A stretch of 64,000 bases of DNA from contig BOLA01000001.1 in NCBI GenBank assembly GCA_016861265.1, positions 459,569 through 523,568 of the forward strand, in the 5' to 3' direction. Below, one piece after another: positions 27,552 through 38,500 of the stretch (its first letter is position 1; the number at the start of each line of letters is the position of its first letter). The notes under the pieces are model-generated. The model was not told the origin of the DNA and ran no database searches. It saw nothing but the letters and a program-made list of their open reading frames with translations. The stretch comes from Patescibacteria group bacterium (GTDB lineage: Bacteria > Patescibacteriota > Dojkabacteria > J137). Position numbers and translations under genes: made by a program.

Positions 27552-27579
27552 GTATACCGGTATACGTTCACGTGAAAAA
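27552..27579 (+). promoter_or_regulatory. Conserved 27-bp palindromic element, copy 1 (GTATACCGGTATAC-g-TTCACGTGAAAA)
   Basis: A perfect 14-bp palindrome followed by a 10-bp palindrome (TTCACGTGAA). It overlaps the GTG start of the downstream secreted-protein gene. A near-identical element occurs at 30641..30667. Confidence 0.5.
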
Positions 27580-28213
27580 TTTGATCAATTCTATAAAAAA
27601 GCCTTTATTAATAATAGTTCTGCTAGCTACACTAATAACACCTATAGTAATTTCGGCACAGGACTTAACTACACAGTCTCAATCCCCACAAATTCAAGAT
27701 GTTGAAGGTCTAAGAGCCGAGTTTAAAGAATACACCCAAGATCCTGCTACCAGAAAAATAAAATACGAGATGATTCTAAAATCAAATATAGATTCTGATA
27801 GAGTCAGGATTACTTGGACTACTACGGGTGCAAACGTATTTGAACCACAACCTGGCTATACAATAGAAGGAACTGTTGCTAGAGGAAATGTTTCAATAAA
27901 GAAGGGACAAACTTACTCTATTCCTATAGAAATTACAGTCACCGGAGAAGCCGTTAATGAGTTATTTGGTAGAGCCGAAGCATTTCTCGCATCTAGTACT
28001 TATGTTGCAACTGTAAGAAAAAACTATGCTTCGAATAATGAAGGCGAAGTACTTCCACTAACAGACCAATATAACCAGGCAAAAACACAAAACTTAATAC
28101 TAAATGTTTTAGTAATTGTAATTGCAGTGGTACTACTTCTAGTTGGACTTTATACAGCACTAAAGCTGTTCTTAAAGTGGCTAGATAAGGACGAAAGGGA
28201 TTTAGGGAATTGA
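27572..28213 (+). CDS. Hypothetical secreted protein with a C-terminal membrane anchor
   Basis: Signal peptide (LLIIVLLATLITPIVISAQD) and a C-terminal TM helix plus basic tail (LILNVLVIVIAVVLLLVGLYTALKLFLKWLDK). The start codon GTG lies inside the palindromic element. Confidence 0.45.
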   Translation: MKNLINSIKKPLLIIVLLATLITPIVISAQDLTTQSQSPQIQDVEGLRAEFKEYTQDPATRKIKYEMILKSNIDSDRVRITWTTTGANVFEPQPGYTIEGTVARGNVSIKKGQTYSIPIEITVTGEAVNELFGRAEAFLASSTYVATVRKNYASNNEGEVLPLTDQYNQAKTQNLILNVLVIVIAVVLLLVGLYTALKLFLKWLDKDERDLGN

Positions 28214-28252
28214 TGTAAACCTTTTGTAGAAAATTGTGGTATTCTCTCACTT

Positions 28253-29935
28253 ATGGAATGGATTTTACCCGAACAATTAGATATTCCCTTGGTTGACTGG
28301 ATATATAAAACAAGGGGAATAGATGTAAATAATAAAAAATTTTTCTCCCCAAGCAATCAGGATTTATACTCTCCCCTATTGCTTCACGATGTCTATAAAG
28401 TGGCGGATGTGCTAAAGGAGTTCATTGGAACTGAACGGAAAATATATATACATGGAGATTTTGATGTTGATGGCATTACAGCTACTTCAATAATGTGGCA
28501 GTTCCTATACAAAGACCTAGGTCTAAAGGCTATGCCTTATATTCCATCTCGCTTTACTGAAGGCTATGGATTAAGTGAAGATTCAATTAATAACATTCTT
28601 GAAGCAGGAGCAGAACTCATAATTACAGTCGACTGTGGTGTTAAAGATATTGCCTTAATTAATAAATATTCAAGTAAAGTACAGTTTATTATTACGGACC
28701 ACCATACACTTCTATCAAAGGATATAGAAATGGAAGGTGCACGAACAAGTGGAGAATTTCTTATTTCAGATAAAGCCAAAGCTGTTTGCCATCCTAGGTT
28801 AGGGGATTATCCATTTACAGAACTATGCGGTGCGGCGGTTTCATGGAAGGTCTGTAATGCAGTTAATGAAATATTAAATTTGGGAATAGATACACACAAG
28901 TACCTAGACCTTGCTGCTATTGGGACCGTTTGCGACATCATGCCGTTAATTGATGAAAATAGGATTATTTTGCAACTGGGATTGGAAAAACTAAGAAACA
29001 CTAAGAACGTAGGTCTTAGAGCCCTGTTCGAGTTATTAAATATTCAGACAAGAGAAATTGATACCTATCATCTAGGCTTTGTTGTTGGTCCAAGAATTAA
29101 CGCTACAGGCAGACTAGAGGACGCAATGGATGCTGTTAGGTTACTTACCACAGCGAACCCAGAATTTGCACGTCAAATGAGCTCTAAACTCGATATTTTG
29201 AACTCAGAAAGACAACTACTCACTCAAAAATACATAGAACTTGCAGATGAACAAATCAAAAATCAATCTGGCGATAAACTCTACTTTGTTTATGGTGATG
29301 ATTGGCCCGAAGGTATTATTGGTCTAATCGCCGGCAAGCTAACAGAGAAATACCATCGACCTGTAATTGTCGGCTCCCTCAAGGAAAACAGAATTAAAGC
29401 CTCTGCACGTAGTATCGAAGAATTCCATATCGCAAATAATCTTTCAAAACACTCTACTCTGCTTCTCACTCACGGAGGACATGCACAGGCGGCAGGTTTA
29501 AGCTTACAGATAGATAATTTAGAGTCATTAGTAAAAGTACTAAAGGAAAACGCTGAACACGAATTAACAAATGTAAATTTAACAAGGAAGCTGCGAATTG
29601 ATGCAATTGCTAATTTAGAAGATGTAAGTTTAGATAATTACAATAAGATTTCTGCCCTTTCACCTTTTGGAATGGCTAATAAGAAACCACTTCTCGCTTT
29701 TTTGAATATTATTCCAGATAAGATAAAAGTTTTTGGAAAAGAAAATAATCACATAAAGTTAATATTCACCCACGAAGGAAAAGAATTGGAAGGACTTGTT
29801 TTTAGCAACATTACCTACATCAGTTCTATAGACTTTTCTAGGCCAATCGATGTTGCAGGATCAATTGAAAAAAATGAGTGGAATGGAAAAATCTCTACGT
29901 TTATAAAAATTGATGATATAAGACAATCTGTCTAG
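28253..29935 (+). CDS. recJ: Single-stranded-DNA-specific exonuclease RecJ
   Basis: DHH motifs (IHGDFDVDGITAT; ITDHH), a DHHA1 region (GGHAQAAG) and the size expected for RecJ. Confidence 0.85.
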   Translation: MEWILPEQLDIPLVDWIYKTRGIDVNNKKFFSPSNQDLYSPLLLHDVYKVADVLKEFIGTERKIYIHGDFDVDGITATSIMWQFLYKDLGLKAMPYIPSRFTEGYGLSEDSINNILEAGAELIITVDCGVKDIALINKYSSKVQFIITDHHTLLSKDIEMEGARTSGEFLISDKAKAVCHPRLGDYPFTELCGAAVSWKVCNAVNEILNLGIDTHKYLDLAAIGTVCDIMPLIDENRIILQLGLEKLRNTKNVGLRALFELLNIQTREIDTYHLGFVVGPRINATGRLEDAMDAVRLLTTANPEFARQMSSKLDILNSERQLLTQKYIELADEQIKNQSGDKLYFVYGDDWPEGIIGLIAGKLTEKYHRPVIVGSLKENRIKASARSIEEFHIANNLSKHSTLLLTHGGHAQAAGLSLQIDNLESLVKVLKENAEHELTNVNLTRKLRIDAIANLEDVSLDNYNKISALSPFGMANKKPLLAFLNIIPDKIKVFGKENNHIKLIFTHEGKELEGLVFSNITYISSIDFSRPIDVAGSIEKNEWNGKISTFIKIDDIRQSV

Positions 29936-29950
29936 TACCCTACTTTCAAT

Positions 29951-29975
29951 AAAAAAGCCCTACTTGCGTAGGGCT
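29951..29975 (-). terminator. Rho-independent terminator of hup
   Basis: AGCCCTAC-TTGC-GTAGGGCT hairpin followed on the minus strand by TTTTTT. It lies between convergent recJ and hup. Confidence 0.65.
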
Positions 29976-29996
29976 CAATGCTAAAAAGAAAATTGT

Positions 29997-30272
29997 TTAT
30001 TTAGCAACAACTTCTCTGAAATGTTTTCCTGGTCTGAATCTTGGAACATTCTTAGCTTTTACCTTTACTGGTTCACCAGTCTTAGGATTTCTTTTCATAC
30101 TTTCTTTTCTTCTTACAGAAACAAAAGTACCAAAGTTAGTTAATGTTACTGGTTTTCCTGACTTTACAGTTGCTACAACTGCATCAACGATTGCATCTAA
30201 AGATGCATTAACGTCTTTTTTTGTCATTCCAGTCTTATTTGCAACGTATGCAATTAATTCTGCTTTATTCAT
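29997..30272 (-). CDS. hup: DNA-binding protein HU
   Basis: MNKAELIAYVA...FGTFVSVRRKESMKRNPKTGEPVKVKAKNVPRFRPGKHF, a canonical HU arm, 91 aa. Confidence 0.9.
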   Translation of the reverse strand: MNKAELIAYVANKTGMTKKDVNASLDAIVDAVVATVKSGKPVTLTNFGTFVSVRRKESMKRNPKTGEPVKVKAKNVPRFRPGKHFREVVAK

Positions 30273-30640
30273 AAAATTTGAATAAATAAAATAAATTAAT
30301 CCCTTTCGGGTTTTCCGAAGCCTTTCGGCTTGAGAATTACAATAAGTTTATGTTTTTATGTACTCAATTGTCAATCACTCTACCCTACAATGATTTTTTA
30401 AAGAAAGCGTTAATAATTCAATTTGCACAATACTTTTTTGACAAAGACACAACAATAGCCTATAACTAATACTTAGCTTCGCTTGTATGGATGGCTTTAA
30501 ACACGTTGAATTCAGACATAGGTTTTATACCGTCACAAAGTGGCAACAAACACCAAAATAGAGTAGAGCAATATTTTAAATAGATAAAAAATCTACTAAA
30601 ATACCACTGGGAAAGTATTTAACAGTACTTAGAAAGTTAG

Positions 30641-30667
30641 TTTTCGTGTGAAAGTATACCGGTATAC
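30641..30667 (-). promoter_or_regulatory. Conserved 27-bp palindromic element, copy 2 (GTATACCGGTATAC-t-TTCACACGAAAA, minus-strand orientation)
   Basis: Same 14-bp palindrome with a 12/13 match in the flanking TTCACrYGAAAA as copy 1. It lies immediately 3' of the sufU-like gene and about 370 nt upstream of hup. Confidence 0.5.
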
Positions 30668-30671
30668 TTTA

Positions 30672-31034
30672 TTAAATTCTTGATTTCTGTAATGCATCAA
30701 GAGGGAGTAGAGCACACTTCATTCTACTTATAGTCAAAGGTATTCCCACCATATTCAAAACAAACTCCTGGTTAATGCTATCCATTTCACTAATGTTCTT
30801 TCCTTTCAAGTATTCACATAGTAGAGAAGTAGAGGCAATGGAAATCGAACAGCCTTCCCCTTTAAAGGAGATATCTTCGATTACGCTATCCTTATTGATT
30901 TTAAACCATATTTGCAGCTCATCTCCACATGAAAGATTCGAAGCTCTCGCAGAATGTGTTGGCATAAAAAGAGGCTCACCAAAGTGGCGAGGATTATGAT
31001 AATGGTCTAACAATTGCTCTTGAAACTCATTCAT
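30672..31034 (-). CDS. sufU: SufU/IscU-like Fe-S cluster scaffold or sulfur-transfer protein
   Basis: HYHNPRHFGE...NLSCGDELQIWFKI...ISFKGEGCSISIASTSLL matches the NifU N-terminal / SufU pattern with three conserved Cys. The start is taken at MNEFQEQ. Confidence 0.7.
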   Translation of the reverse strand: MNEFQEQLLDHYHNPRHFGEPLFMPTHSARASNLSCGDELQIWFKINKDSVIEDISFKGEGCSISIASTSLLCEYLKGKNISEMDSINQEFVLNMVGIPLTISRMKCALLPLDALQKSRI

Positions 31035-31093
31035 TATATGTATATAAACGTATAATTTTAACACTATAAGACAAAACTTCCGACTCCCATTAA

Positions 31094-31702
31094 CTACAAG
31101 TCATTTATTGCCTCAACCTCATCTTGAATTATTGTCTGGGCATTTACATAATCAATATAAACATCCACAAGAATTTGTGCAGTATTCTTATCCTTAGAAC
31201 CTGCAATAAGCTCTGATTTATCCAAACTGCCAATTCTAATAAAGTCTTTAATTACAAATTCAATCTCGGATTCTAATAACTCGGGGTAGAGCAGCCTACA
31301 GTAATTAATAGTGTTAACTATTAACAAATTCTTGCTTAATAACCTAATTGTTACTAAGACTATAGGAATTGCAATAGACCAAAGCAGAGCAACAACAATA
31401 GCTACAGAAAAATTAAAATACAGAACAAAGATACCGAACAAGGAAGAAATTATTACAAACTCAAAGGCTAAAAAATTGTTTAAGTTATTCTGTTTAGATT
31501 TGTATAGTTTGTGAACCTCGGGAATCTTTAATCTACTAGGCTCTGGAGGCTCCTCGACCGAAAATAAAAGATATATTATGGAAAAAAGAAACAACAAAAA
31601 CCCAACAATACCTGCAACATCCTGAAACCCAAGAAGAGATGCAGTAAGTAACAGAACATTATTAATAATTCCCAATAATACAAATATTTTAAACCTATTC
31701 AT
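31094..31702 (-). CDS. Hypothetical polytopic membrane protein
   Basis: Four to five predicted TM helices. No recognisable family. Confidence 0.45.
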   Translation of the reverse strand: MNRFKIFVLLGIINNVLLLTASLLGFQDVAGIVGFLLFLFSIIYLLFSVEEPPEPSRLKIPEVHKLYKSKQNNLNNFLAFEFVIISSLFGIFVLYFNFSVAIVVALLWSIAIPIVLVTIRLLSKNLLIVNTINYCRLLYPELLESEIEFVIKDFIRIGSLDKSELIAGSKDKNTAQILVDVYIDYVNAQTIIQDEVEAINDL

Positions 31703-31907
31703 ACTATACAGAATAATACATCTTTAAGAGTATATATATGAGAAATCTGCAAAACTGGGTGTAAATGTAATTTTTATACACACATCAATAGAATAAATAG
31801 GATTCGCCATATTGTTGCCCTTACTGGGAGACAAATACACACAAGAAAAAATGGCCAAAAGGTACATAATGTAAACCCGACAGAATGAAATTAGCCTATA
31901 ACTTGCA

Positions 31908-31936
31908 TTGACACATTTAGTTTATTAATTTATTAT
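31908..31936 (+). promoter_or_regulatory. Sigma-70-type promoter upstream of rpoB (TTGACA-N17-TATTAT)
   Basis: Consensus -35 at 31908..31913, a 17-nt spacer and a near-consensus -10 at 31931..31936, about 175 nt upstream of the rpoB ATG. Confidence 0.45.
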
Positions 31937-32058
31937 GAGAATACGCTTTACTTTTAGGGTAAAACCATGTTATAAATAGTCCACATTAAAAGAGTCCCTA
32001 AAAAGCTATATATAGCAATGCTAAACAAGAAAATTTTATTCTAAAGAACTCGAGATAA

Positions 32059-32087
32059 CACACTCAAAGGGAGGAGTGTGCTTTTTT
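32059..32087 (+). terminator. Attenuator-like hairpin and U-tract in the rpoB leader
   Basis: CACACTC-AAAGGGAG-GAGTGTG stem-loop followed by CTTTTTTATTGCTTTTT. It ends about 25 nt before the rpoB start codon. Confidence 0.5.
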
Positions 32088-32111
32088 ATTGCTTTTTAAG
32101 TTTTATACAAT

Positions 32112-35100
32112 ATGACTGCAAACAATAGAGTAAACCTCACTAAGAACCCCACCCCAAAAATGCCAATGGACTATCTAGAAGCCCAGAAGGAATTTTTTCA
32201 AAGGTACAAGACTGAAGGTTTCGAAGAATTATTTGATGAAATCAATCCTATAGCCGACTATACAGGATTAAATTGGGAAATCGCATTCGAAGGCTTCGAA
32301 TGGGGAGATCCAAAAATCAGCTTCAGAGATGCACAACTACTAGGACAAACCTACGATGCTCCTGTGCATGCAAACGTTAGACTCCTAAATAAAAAGACAG
32401 GTGAAATTAAAAAGCAAAAAATATACCTATGCGACATGCCATTAATGAGCGACAGAGCCTCATTTATGATTAATGGTAACGAAAGAGTTGTTGTTTTCCA
32501 GATTTTAAGATCAGAAGGTTTATTATTCTCTGAAAGCAAGGCTTCTTCTTCAAAGAAGAAACTTTATTCAGTTAAGTTAATGCCTCACAGAGGAAACTGG
32601 TACGAATTCGAAGTTAATAAATACGGTGTAATGAGTATCAAACTATTACAGAAAAGACCTAGAATTCTTTTGACTACTTTATTAAGAGCTTTAGGCTACA
32701 GTTCCGATGCAGATATTAAAAGAGTGCTTGGTGCTGTTGACGAAGGTGAAACAAGCTTTATTGATGCAACACTAAGAAAAGACCCTACAAAAAATACAGA
32801 AGAAGCTCTAGTAGATATCTATAGAAAATTAAGACCAGAAGATACTGTTACTATAGAAAATGCAAAAGCTTTAATTGAAAATATTTTCTTTAATAAAAGA
32901 AGATTCTATTTAGGAAAAATCGGAAGATATAAACTAAACAAGAAACTTGGAGTAAAAGAAGAAATTACAAATGCTGATTACATTCTAAAAAAGAGAGACG
33001 TTGTAGAAGTAATAAAGAGACTAATCCAATTAAATCATGGAGCATTACAACCTGATGATATTGACTCATTGAGCAATAGAAGAATTAGAGGAGTAGATGA
33101 ATTAGTTGCAGAAAAAATTAGAGTAGGAGTTCTAATTATGGAAAAGAACATCAAAGACAAGATGGCTACTTTCTCCACAGACGAAAAAGTAACTCCTGCC
33201 ATGATTGTAAATACTAGACCTATTGTGTCTGCTATTAACCAATTCTTTGGTAGTTCTGCATTAATGAGATTCATGGACCAGAGCAATATATTCTCTGAGC
33301 TTGAGGCTAAAAGAAAGATTACTGCTGGAGGACCAAGAGGTTTAACAAAAGAAAGAGCTACATTCTCTGTTAGAGACGTACACAATTCTCACTATGCGAG
33401 ATTATGTCCTGTTACTACACCAGAAGGTCCATCTATCGGTATGGTAAACCAATTAGCTATTTATACAAAAATAAATGAATATGGTTTCCTAGAGGCTCCA
33501 TACTTCAATATAGTGAATAAATTTGTTGTTGAAAAAGATAATGTTGCAGATTTTGCGAACAGAACATTACTTGAAGATTTAGTTGTTGACGGTAAAAAAG
33601 TAGGTAAAACCGGTGAAACAATTAGCAAAGAAATGGTAGAGAAGGCAAGAAAAGCAGGATTAACTGAATTCAAGATTAGACCATTTGTAACTGACGAGAT
33701 TGTTTATATTGATGCAGATACTGAATTAGAGCATAAAATTGCCAGCGCAAGTGTTCATAGAGATGAACAAGGTAATTTAGTAGAAGATCAGACTTACGTA
33801 AGAGATGGTCAGAATTATGCAAAAGTAAAGATTTCAGAAGTAGACTATCTTGACATTAGCCCAGCACAAATTGCATCTATGGGATTAGCATTAATTCCAT
33901 TTGCAGGTAATGACGACCCAAATAGAACATTAATCGGTGCTAAGACTCAAGGTCAAGCAATTCCTTTAATAAGAAATCAATCACCTATTGTTGGTACGGG
34001 CTTCGAAACTGAAGCTGCAAGGGCTAGCGGAAGAACTGTATATGCTGAAGATGACGGAATGGTAATCTATGCAGATGCAGCAAAAGTAACTGTGAGCTAT
34101 GGAAAGAATGATATTGTAGACTATCCTGTCGAAAAGTTTGTAAGAACTAACCAGAATACATCATTCTCACAAACTCCTATTGTTCTTCCTGGACAAAAAG
34201 TAAAGAAGGGAGATGTTCTAATTGATGGACCTTGTACAAAAGAAGGAGAGTTAGCACTTGGTGTAAACTTAAGAACTGCATACATGGTATACGACGGATA
34301 CAATTTTGAAGACGGGATTGTGATTTCACAGAGAGTTATAAAAGAAGATCTTTTAACTTCGGTACATATTCAAGAATATATTCAAGAAGTTAGAGAAACA
34401 AAACTTGGTAATGAATTAATTACAAGAGACATTCCTGGTGTTGGAGAACACGCACTTAGAAACCTAGACGAAGAAGGTGTAGTAAGAATCGGTGCTAGTG
34501 TTTCAGCTAACGATATTTTAGTTGGAATTATTGCTCCAAAAGGAGAAAGTGAATTAACAGCTGAAGAAAAACTTTTGAGAGCAATCTTTGGAGAATACGC
34601 AAGAGATGTTAGAGATAACTCTTTAAGAATGCCTTATGGAGAACATGGAGTAGTTGTTGCAGTTCAAATTCTTGATAGAGATTCAGGCGCTAAGTTAAAC
34701 GCTGGAGTTCTAAAGCAAGTTAAAGTTTGGGTTGCTAAGACACACAGAATTGGAATTGGAGATAAATTAACAGGATTCCACGGAGACAAAGGTGTTATTA
34801 CAAAAGTTGTTGCAGAGGAAGATATGCCTCATACAGCTGATGGACACCCAGTAGACATTATATTAGGTCCATCTTCTATGATTAGAAGAATGAACATTGG
34901 ACAATTAATGGAAGTACACGTTGGAGAGTTAGCAAGAAAAACCGGCGTAAAAGTACAAGTTCAACCATTCTCAGAATTTAGTCTAAATCCTTTATTGGAC
35001 TTAGCTAAACAAAAAGGAGTAGATTACGAAGAAAAAGTTGATCTATACGATGGTAGAACTGGAGAGAGATTTAAACAAAAAGTAACTGTTGGAATGAAGT

Positions 35101-35543
35101 ATATGTTCAAGTTAGACCACTTGGCTGATCACAAAGTTCATGCAAGATCTACTGGTCCATACACATTAGTTACTCAACAGCCACTTAGAGGTAAAGCTCA
35201 AAGAGGAGGAAGAAGATTCGGAGAAATGGAAGTTTGGGCACTTGAAGCTCATGCGGTACCAAATGTATTGCACGAAATGCTTACAATTAAGTCCGACGAT
35301 GTTGTAGGTAGAGCAGCAGCTTATAAGGCTATTATTTCTGGTCAAAAAATTACAGCACCTAACGTTCCTGAATCATTCAATGTATTGGATAAGGAATTGG
35401 CAGGTTTAGCAGTAAAGCTAGACAAGATTAACGCTGAATACGACGATGAAAGAGCTGATATGGCACTTGAGGAAATTGTTGACTCAATTGGAAACGGAAA
35501 CGTAATGGAGGATCCTAACTTAACAGTTATGGATGCTGAATAA
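32112..35543 (+). CDS. rpoB: DNA-directed RNA polymerase subunit beta
   Basis: 1143 aa with conserved beta regions (GDKLTGFHGDKGVI; RFGEMEVWALEAHA). Confidence 0.97.
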   Translation: MTANNRVNLTKNPTPKMPMDYLEAQKEFFQRYKTEGFEELFDEINPIADYTGLNWEIAFEGFEWGDPKISFRDAQLLGQTYDAPVHANVRLLNKKTGEIKKQKIYLCDMPLMSDRASFMINGNERVVVFQILRSEGLLFSESKASSSKKKLYSVKLMPHRGNWYEFEVNKYGVMSIKLLQKRPRILLTTLLRALGYSSDADIKRVLGAVDEGETSFIDATLRKDPTKNTEEALVDIYRKLRPEDTVTIENAKALIENIFFNKRRFYLGKIGRYKLNKKLGVKEEITNADYILKKRDVVEVIKRLIQLNHGALQPDDIDSLSNRRIRGVDELVAEKIRVGVLIMEKNIKDKMATFSTDEKVTPAMIVNTRPIVSAINQFFGSSALMRFMDQSNIFSELEAKRKITAGGPRGLTKERATFSVRDVHNSHYARLCPVTTPEGPSIGMVNQLAIYTKINEYGFLEAPYFNIVNKFVVEKDNVADFANRTLLEDLVVDGKKVGKTGETISKEMVEKARKAGLTEFKIRPFVTDEIVYIDADTELEHKIASASVHRDEQGNLVEDQTYVRDGQNYAKVKISEVDYLDISPAQIASMGLALIPFAGNDDPNRTLIGAKTQGQAIPLIRNQSPIVGTGFETEAARASGRTVYAEDDGMVIYADAAKVTVSYGKNDIVDYPVEKFVRTNQNTSFSQTPIVLPGQKVKKGDVLIDGPCTKEGELALGVNLRTAYMVYDGYNFEDGIVISQRVIKEDLLTSVHIQEYIQEVRETKLGNELITRDIPGVGEHALRNLDEEGVVRIGASVSANDILVGIIAPKGESELTAEEKLLRAIFGEYARDVRDNSLRMPYGEHGVVVAVQILDRDSGAKLNAGVLKQVKVWVAKTHRIGIGDKLTGFHGDKGVITKVVAEEDMPHTADGHPVDIILGPSSMIRRMNIGQLMEVHVGELARKTGVKVQVQPFSEFSLNPLLDLAKQKGVDYEEKVDLYDGRTGERFKQKVTVGMKYMFKLDHLADHKVHARSTGPYTLVTQQPLRGKAQRGGRRFGEMEVWALEAHAVPNVLHEMLTIKSDDVVGRAAAYKAIISGQKITAPNVPESFNVLDKELAGLAVKLDKINAEYDDERADMALEEIVDSIGNGNVMEDPNLTVMDAE

Positions 35544-35578
35544 ATAATTATTATTGATAAATCTTAACCTAATAACCT

Positions 35579-38500
35579 ATGCTTAAAGATTTTAATGCAG
35601 TAAAGATTTCAGTAGCGTCACCAACAGACATTATGAATTGGTCTCATGGTGAAATTGCAAGAGCTGAAACAATCAACTACAGAACATTCAAGCCTGAACC
35701 AGGAGGATTAATGGCTGAAGAAATTTTTGGTCCAACTAAAGATTTTGAGTGTTACTGCGGTAAATACAAAAAAATTAGATACAAGGGAATTGTTTGCGAC
35801 AGATGTGGAGTTGAAATAACACACAAAAGAGTAAGAAGAGAGCGAATGGGTCATATTAAATTGGCTGCACCTGTTGCTCATGTATGGTTCTCTAATGGAG
35901 TTCCAAACAAACTATCCCTAATTCTTGATATTCCTCAAAAGAAATTGGAGACAGTAATTTACTACGCCAGATACGTTGTTACTAATGTAATTGATGAGGA
36001 AAGAGTAAAAGCATTGGCTAGTCTTGAGGAACTAAAAAAGAGCGAAATGGCTGATGTTGAGACTGAATTAGAAGACAAAATAAAGGAGATTAATGCCCAA
36101 TTTGAAGAAGAATCAAATGATATTAAGAAGGCAACAAAAGAAAAAGCTAAATTAGACTTACAATTAGAAAGAGTAAGAAATAACGAAAAGACTCAAATTG
36201 CAAGAATCAAATCTGCATATAAACAGAAGCAAGATAATATAGAAAAGAAGTTTGTAGACCTAAAAGCTCTAATTGAAGATGTAACACTAGGCTCAACATT
36301 ATCAGAGGAAGAATACCAAATGTTAGATTCATACGGATTCTACTTCTTTGAAGCAGGAATGGGTGCTGAGGCAATCAAGGAATTATTAGACAAGCTAAAT
36401 GTAGCTGAAGAAATCACTCTTTTAGAAGAAGAAATGAAAACAAGCAAATCTGTTCTAAAAAAGAGCAGAATTGTACAAAGATTGAGAATAATGAAGGGTC
36501 TTTTAAAATCAGGAGTACATCCAGCATGGATAGTCTTAGAAGTATTACCAGTTATTCCACCAGATTTAAGACCTATTGTTCAATTACCTGGAGGTAGATT
36601 TGCCACATACGATCTAAATGACTTATACAGAAGAGTAATTAACAGAAACAACAGACTTAAGAGATTAATAGCTTTGGGAGCTCCAGAAATCATTCTAAGA
36701 AACGAAAAAAGAATGCTTCAGGAAGCTGTAGACTCTTTATTGGATAATAACCATAAACCTGGTGCACCATCTTTAAATACAAGAGGTCTACCATTCAAGT
36801 CATTATCTGACATGTTAAGAGGAAAGCAAGGTAGATTTAGACAAAACTTATTAGGTAAGAGAGTAGACTACTCAGGAAACGCAGTAATTGTTCCAGGACC
36901 TGAATTATCATTCGATCAATGCGGTTTACCAAAAGTAATTGCATTAGAATTATTCAGACCATTTATTATTAGAGAATTAATTGCAAGAGGATTTGCGGCT
37001 AACCCAGCTAAAGCAAAATTGATTTTTGAAAGTCAAATTGATGAAGTATGGGATATTCTTGAAGATGTAAGTAAAGACAGACCTGTTTTACTAAACAGAG
37101 CTCCTACATTACAGAAGCAGAGTATTATTGCATTCTTCCCAACATTAATTGAAGGTAATGCTATTAGATTACACCCAATGACCTGTGCCGGATTCAATGC
37201 CGACTTCGATGGAGACCAAATGGCTGTACATTTACCACTATCCGATAAGGCTGTGGAAGAAGTTAAGGAAAGAATGTTTGCTAAGAATAACCTTCTATCT
37301 CTAAAAGATGGTTCACCTTTATACAACGTATCTAAGGACATGGCATTCGGAATTTACTTCTTAACATTAATGAGAGGTGATGAAAAAGATGCAGTAAAGG
37401 TATATTCAAACTTGGAAAATCTAATTTCAGCTTATTATCTAGGTGAAATTCACTTTGATGAGCCTGTAAAATTATTGCTAGACGGTAAAATTATTGTAAC
37501 TACTGCAGGTAGAGCAAGATTAAATAAGGCTTTACCAGAAGGACATGAATACATTAATACAGCACTAGGACTTAAAGATATATCTGCATTATCTGCAAAT
37601 ATCTTTAATGTATATGGTAACGAAGTAGCCCTATTAACACTTGATAAAATTAAAAACTTAGGCTTTATATATGCAGGAAAATTAGGATTCTCAATTTCTA
37701 TGGATGAATTTAGATTTGGAGGAAACGAGATTCTTGAAGAAAGATTAAAGCAATTCGTGAAAGTGGAGGATTCATTAGGAAACGATTACGTTGAAGGTTT
37801 CATTACAGAAAACGAATTGAAATGGAGAAGAAGAGATGAATGGCAGAAAGAAGTAGACAAGATTCAAGAGGAAATTTGGAATCTAGCTCAAGAGAAATCA
37901 ACAAATCTTGTTGATTTAAGTAACTCAAAAGCTATTCCAGTTGCACCATGGGTTAAGAAGATTTCTGGAGTTCAAGGTTTTGTAACAGACCCATCTGGAA
38001 ATATTGTAGACCTACCTTTAAAGAATAATTTTGAAAAAGGTTTAACAAACTTTGAATACTTTGTTGCTGCTAGAGGTGCTAGGAAAGGTTTCGCAGACGT
38101 AGCTCTAAGAACAGCAGACTCTGGTTACCTAACAAGAAGATTGCACGATGTAGCTCAGGATATTATTACAAATACTGAAGATTGCGGGACAACAGAAGGC
38201 GTATTTATTGAAAGATCTGCAAAGAGAATTCAATCATTTACAAATAGATTGAAGGGAAGATACTTAGCTGAAGACTTAGTAAATCCTAAGACTGGCGAAG
38301 TAATCTTAAAGAGAAATGATGCAATTACATTAGACATGGCCAAGAAGATAGACGCTATAGCCGAAGTTGAACAAGTAAAAGTAAGAAGTGCGATTACTTG
38401 TAATGTGGCCCATGGAATATGTCAGAAATGTTATGGTTACGATTTGGGAACAGGAAAACCTGTTGATATAGGAGTAGCTGTAGGTACAATCTCTTCTCAA

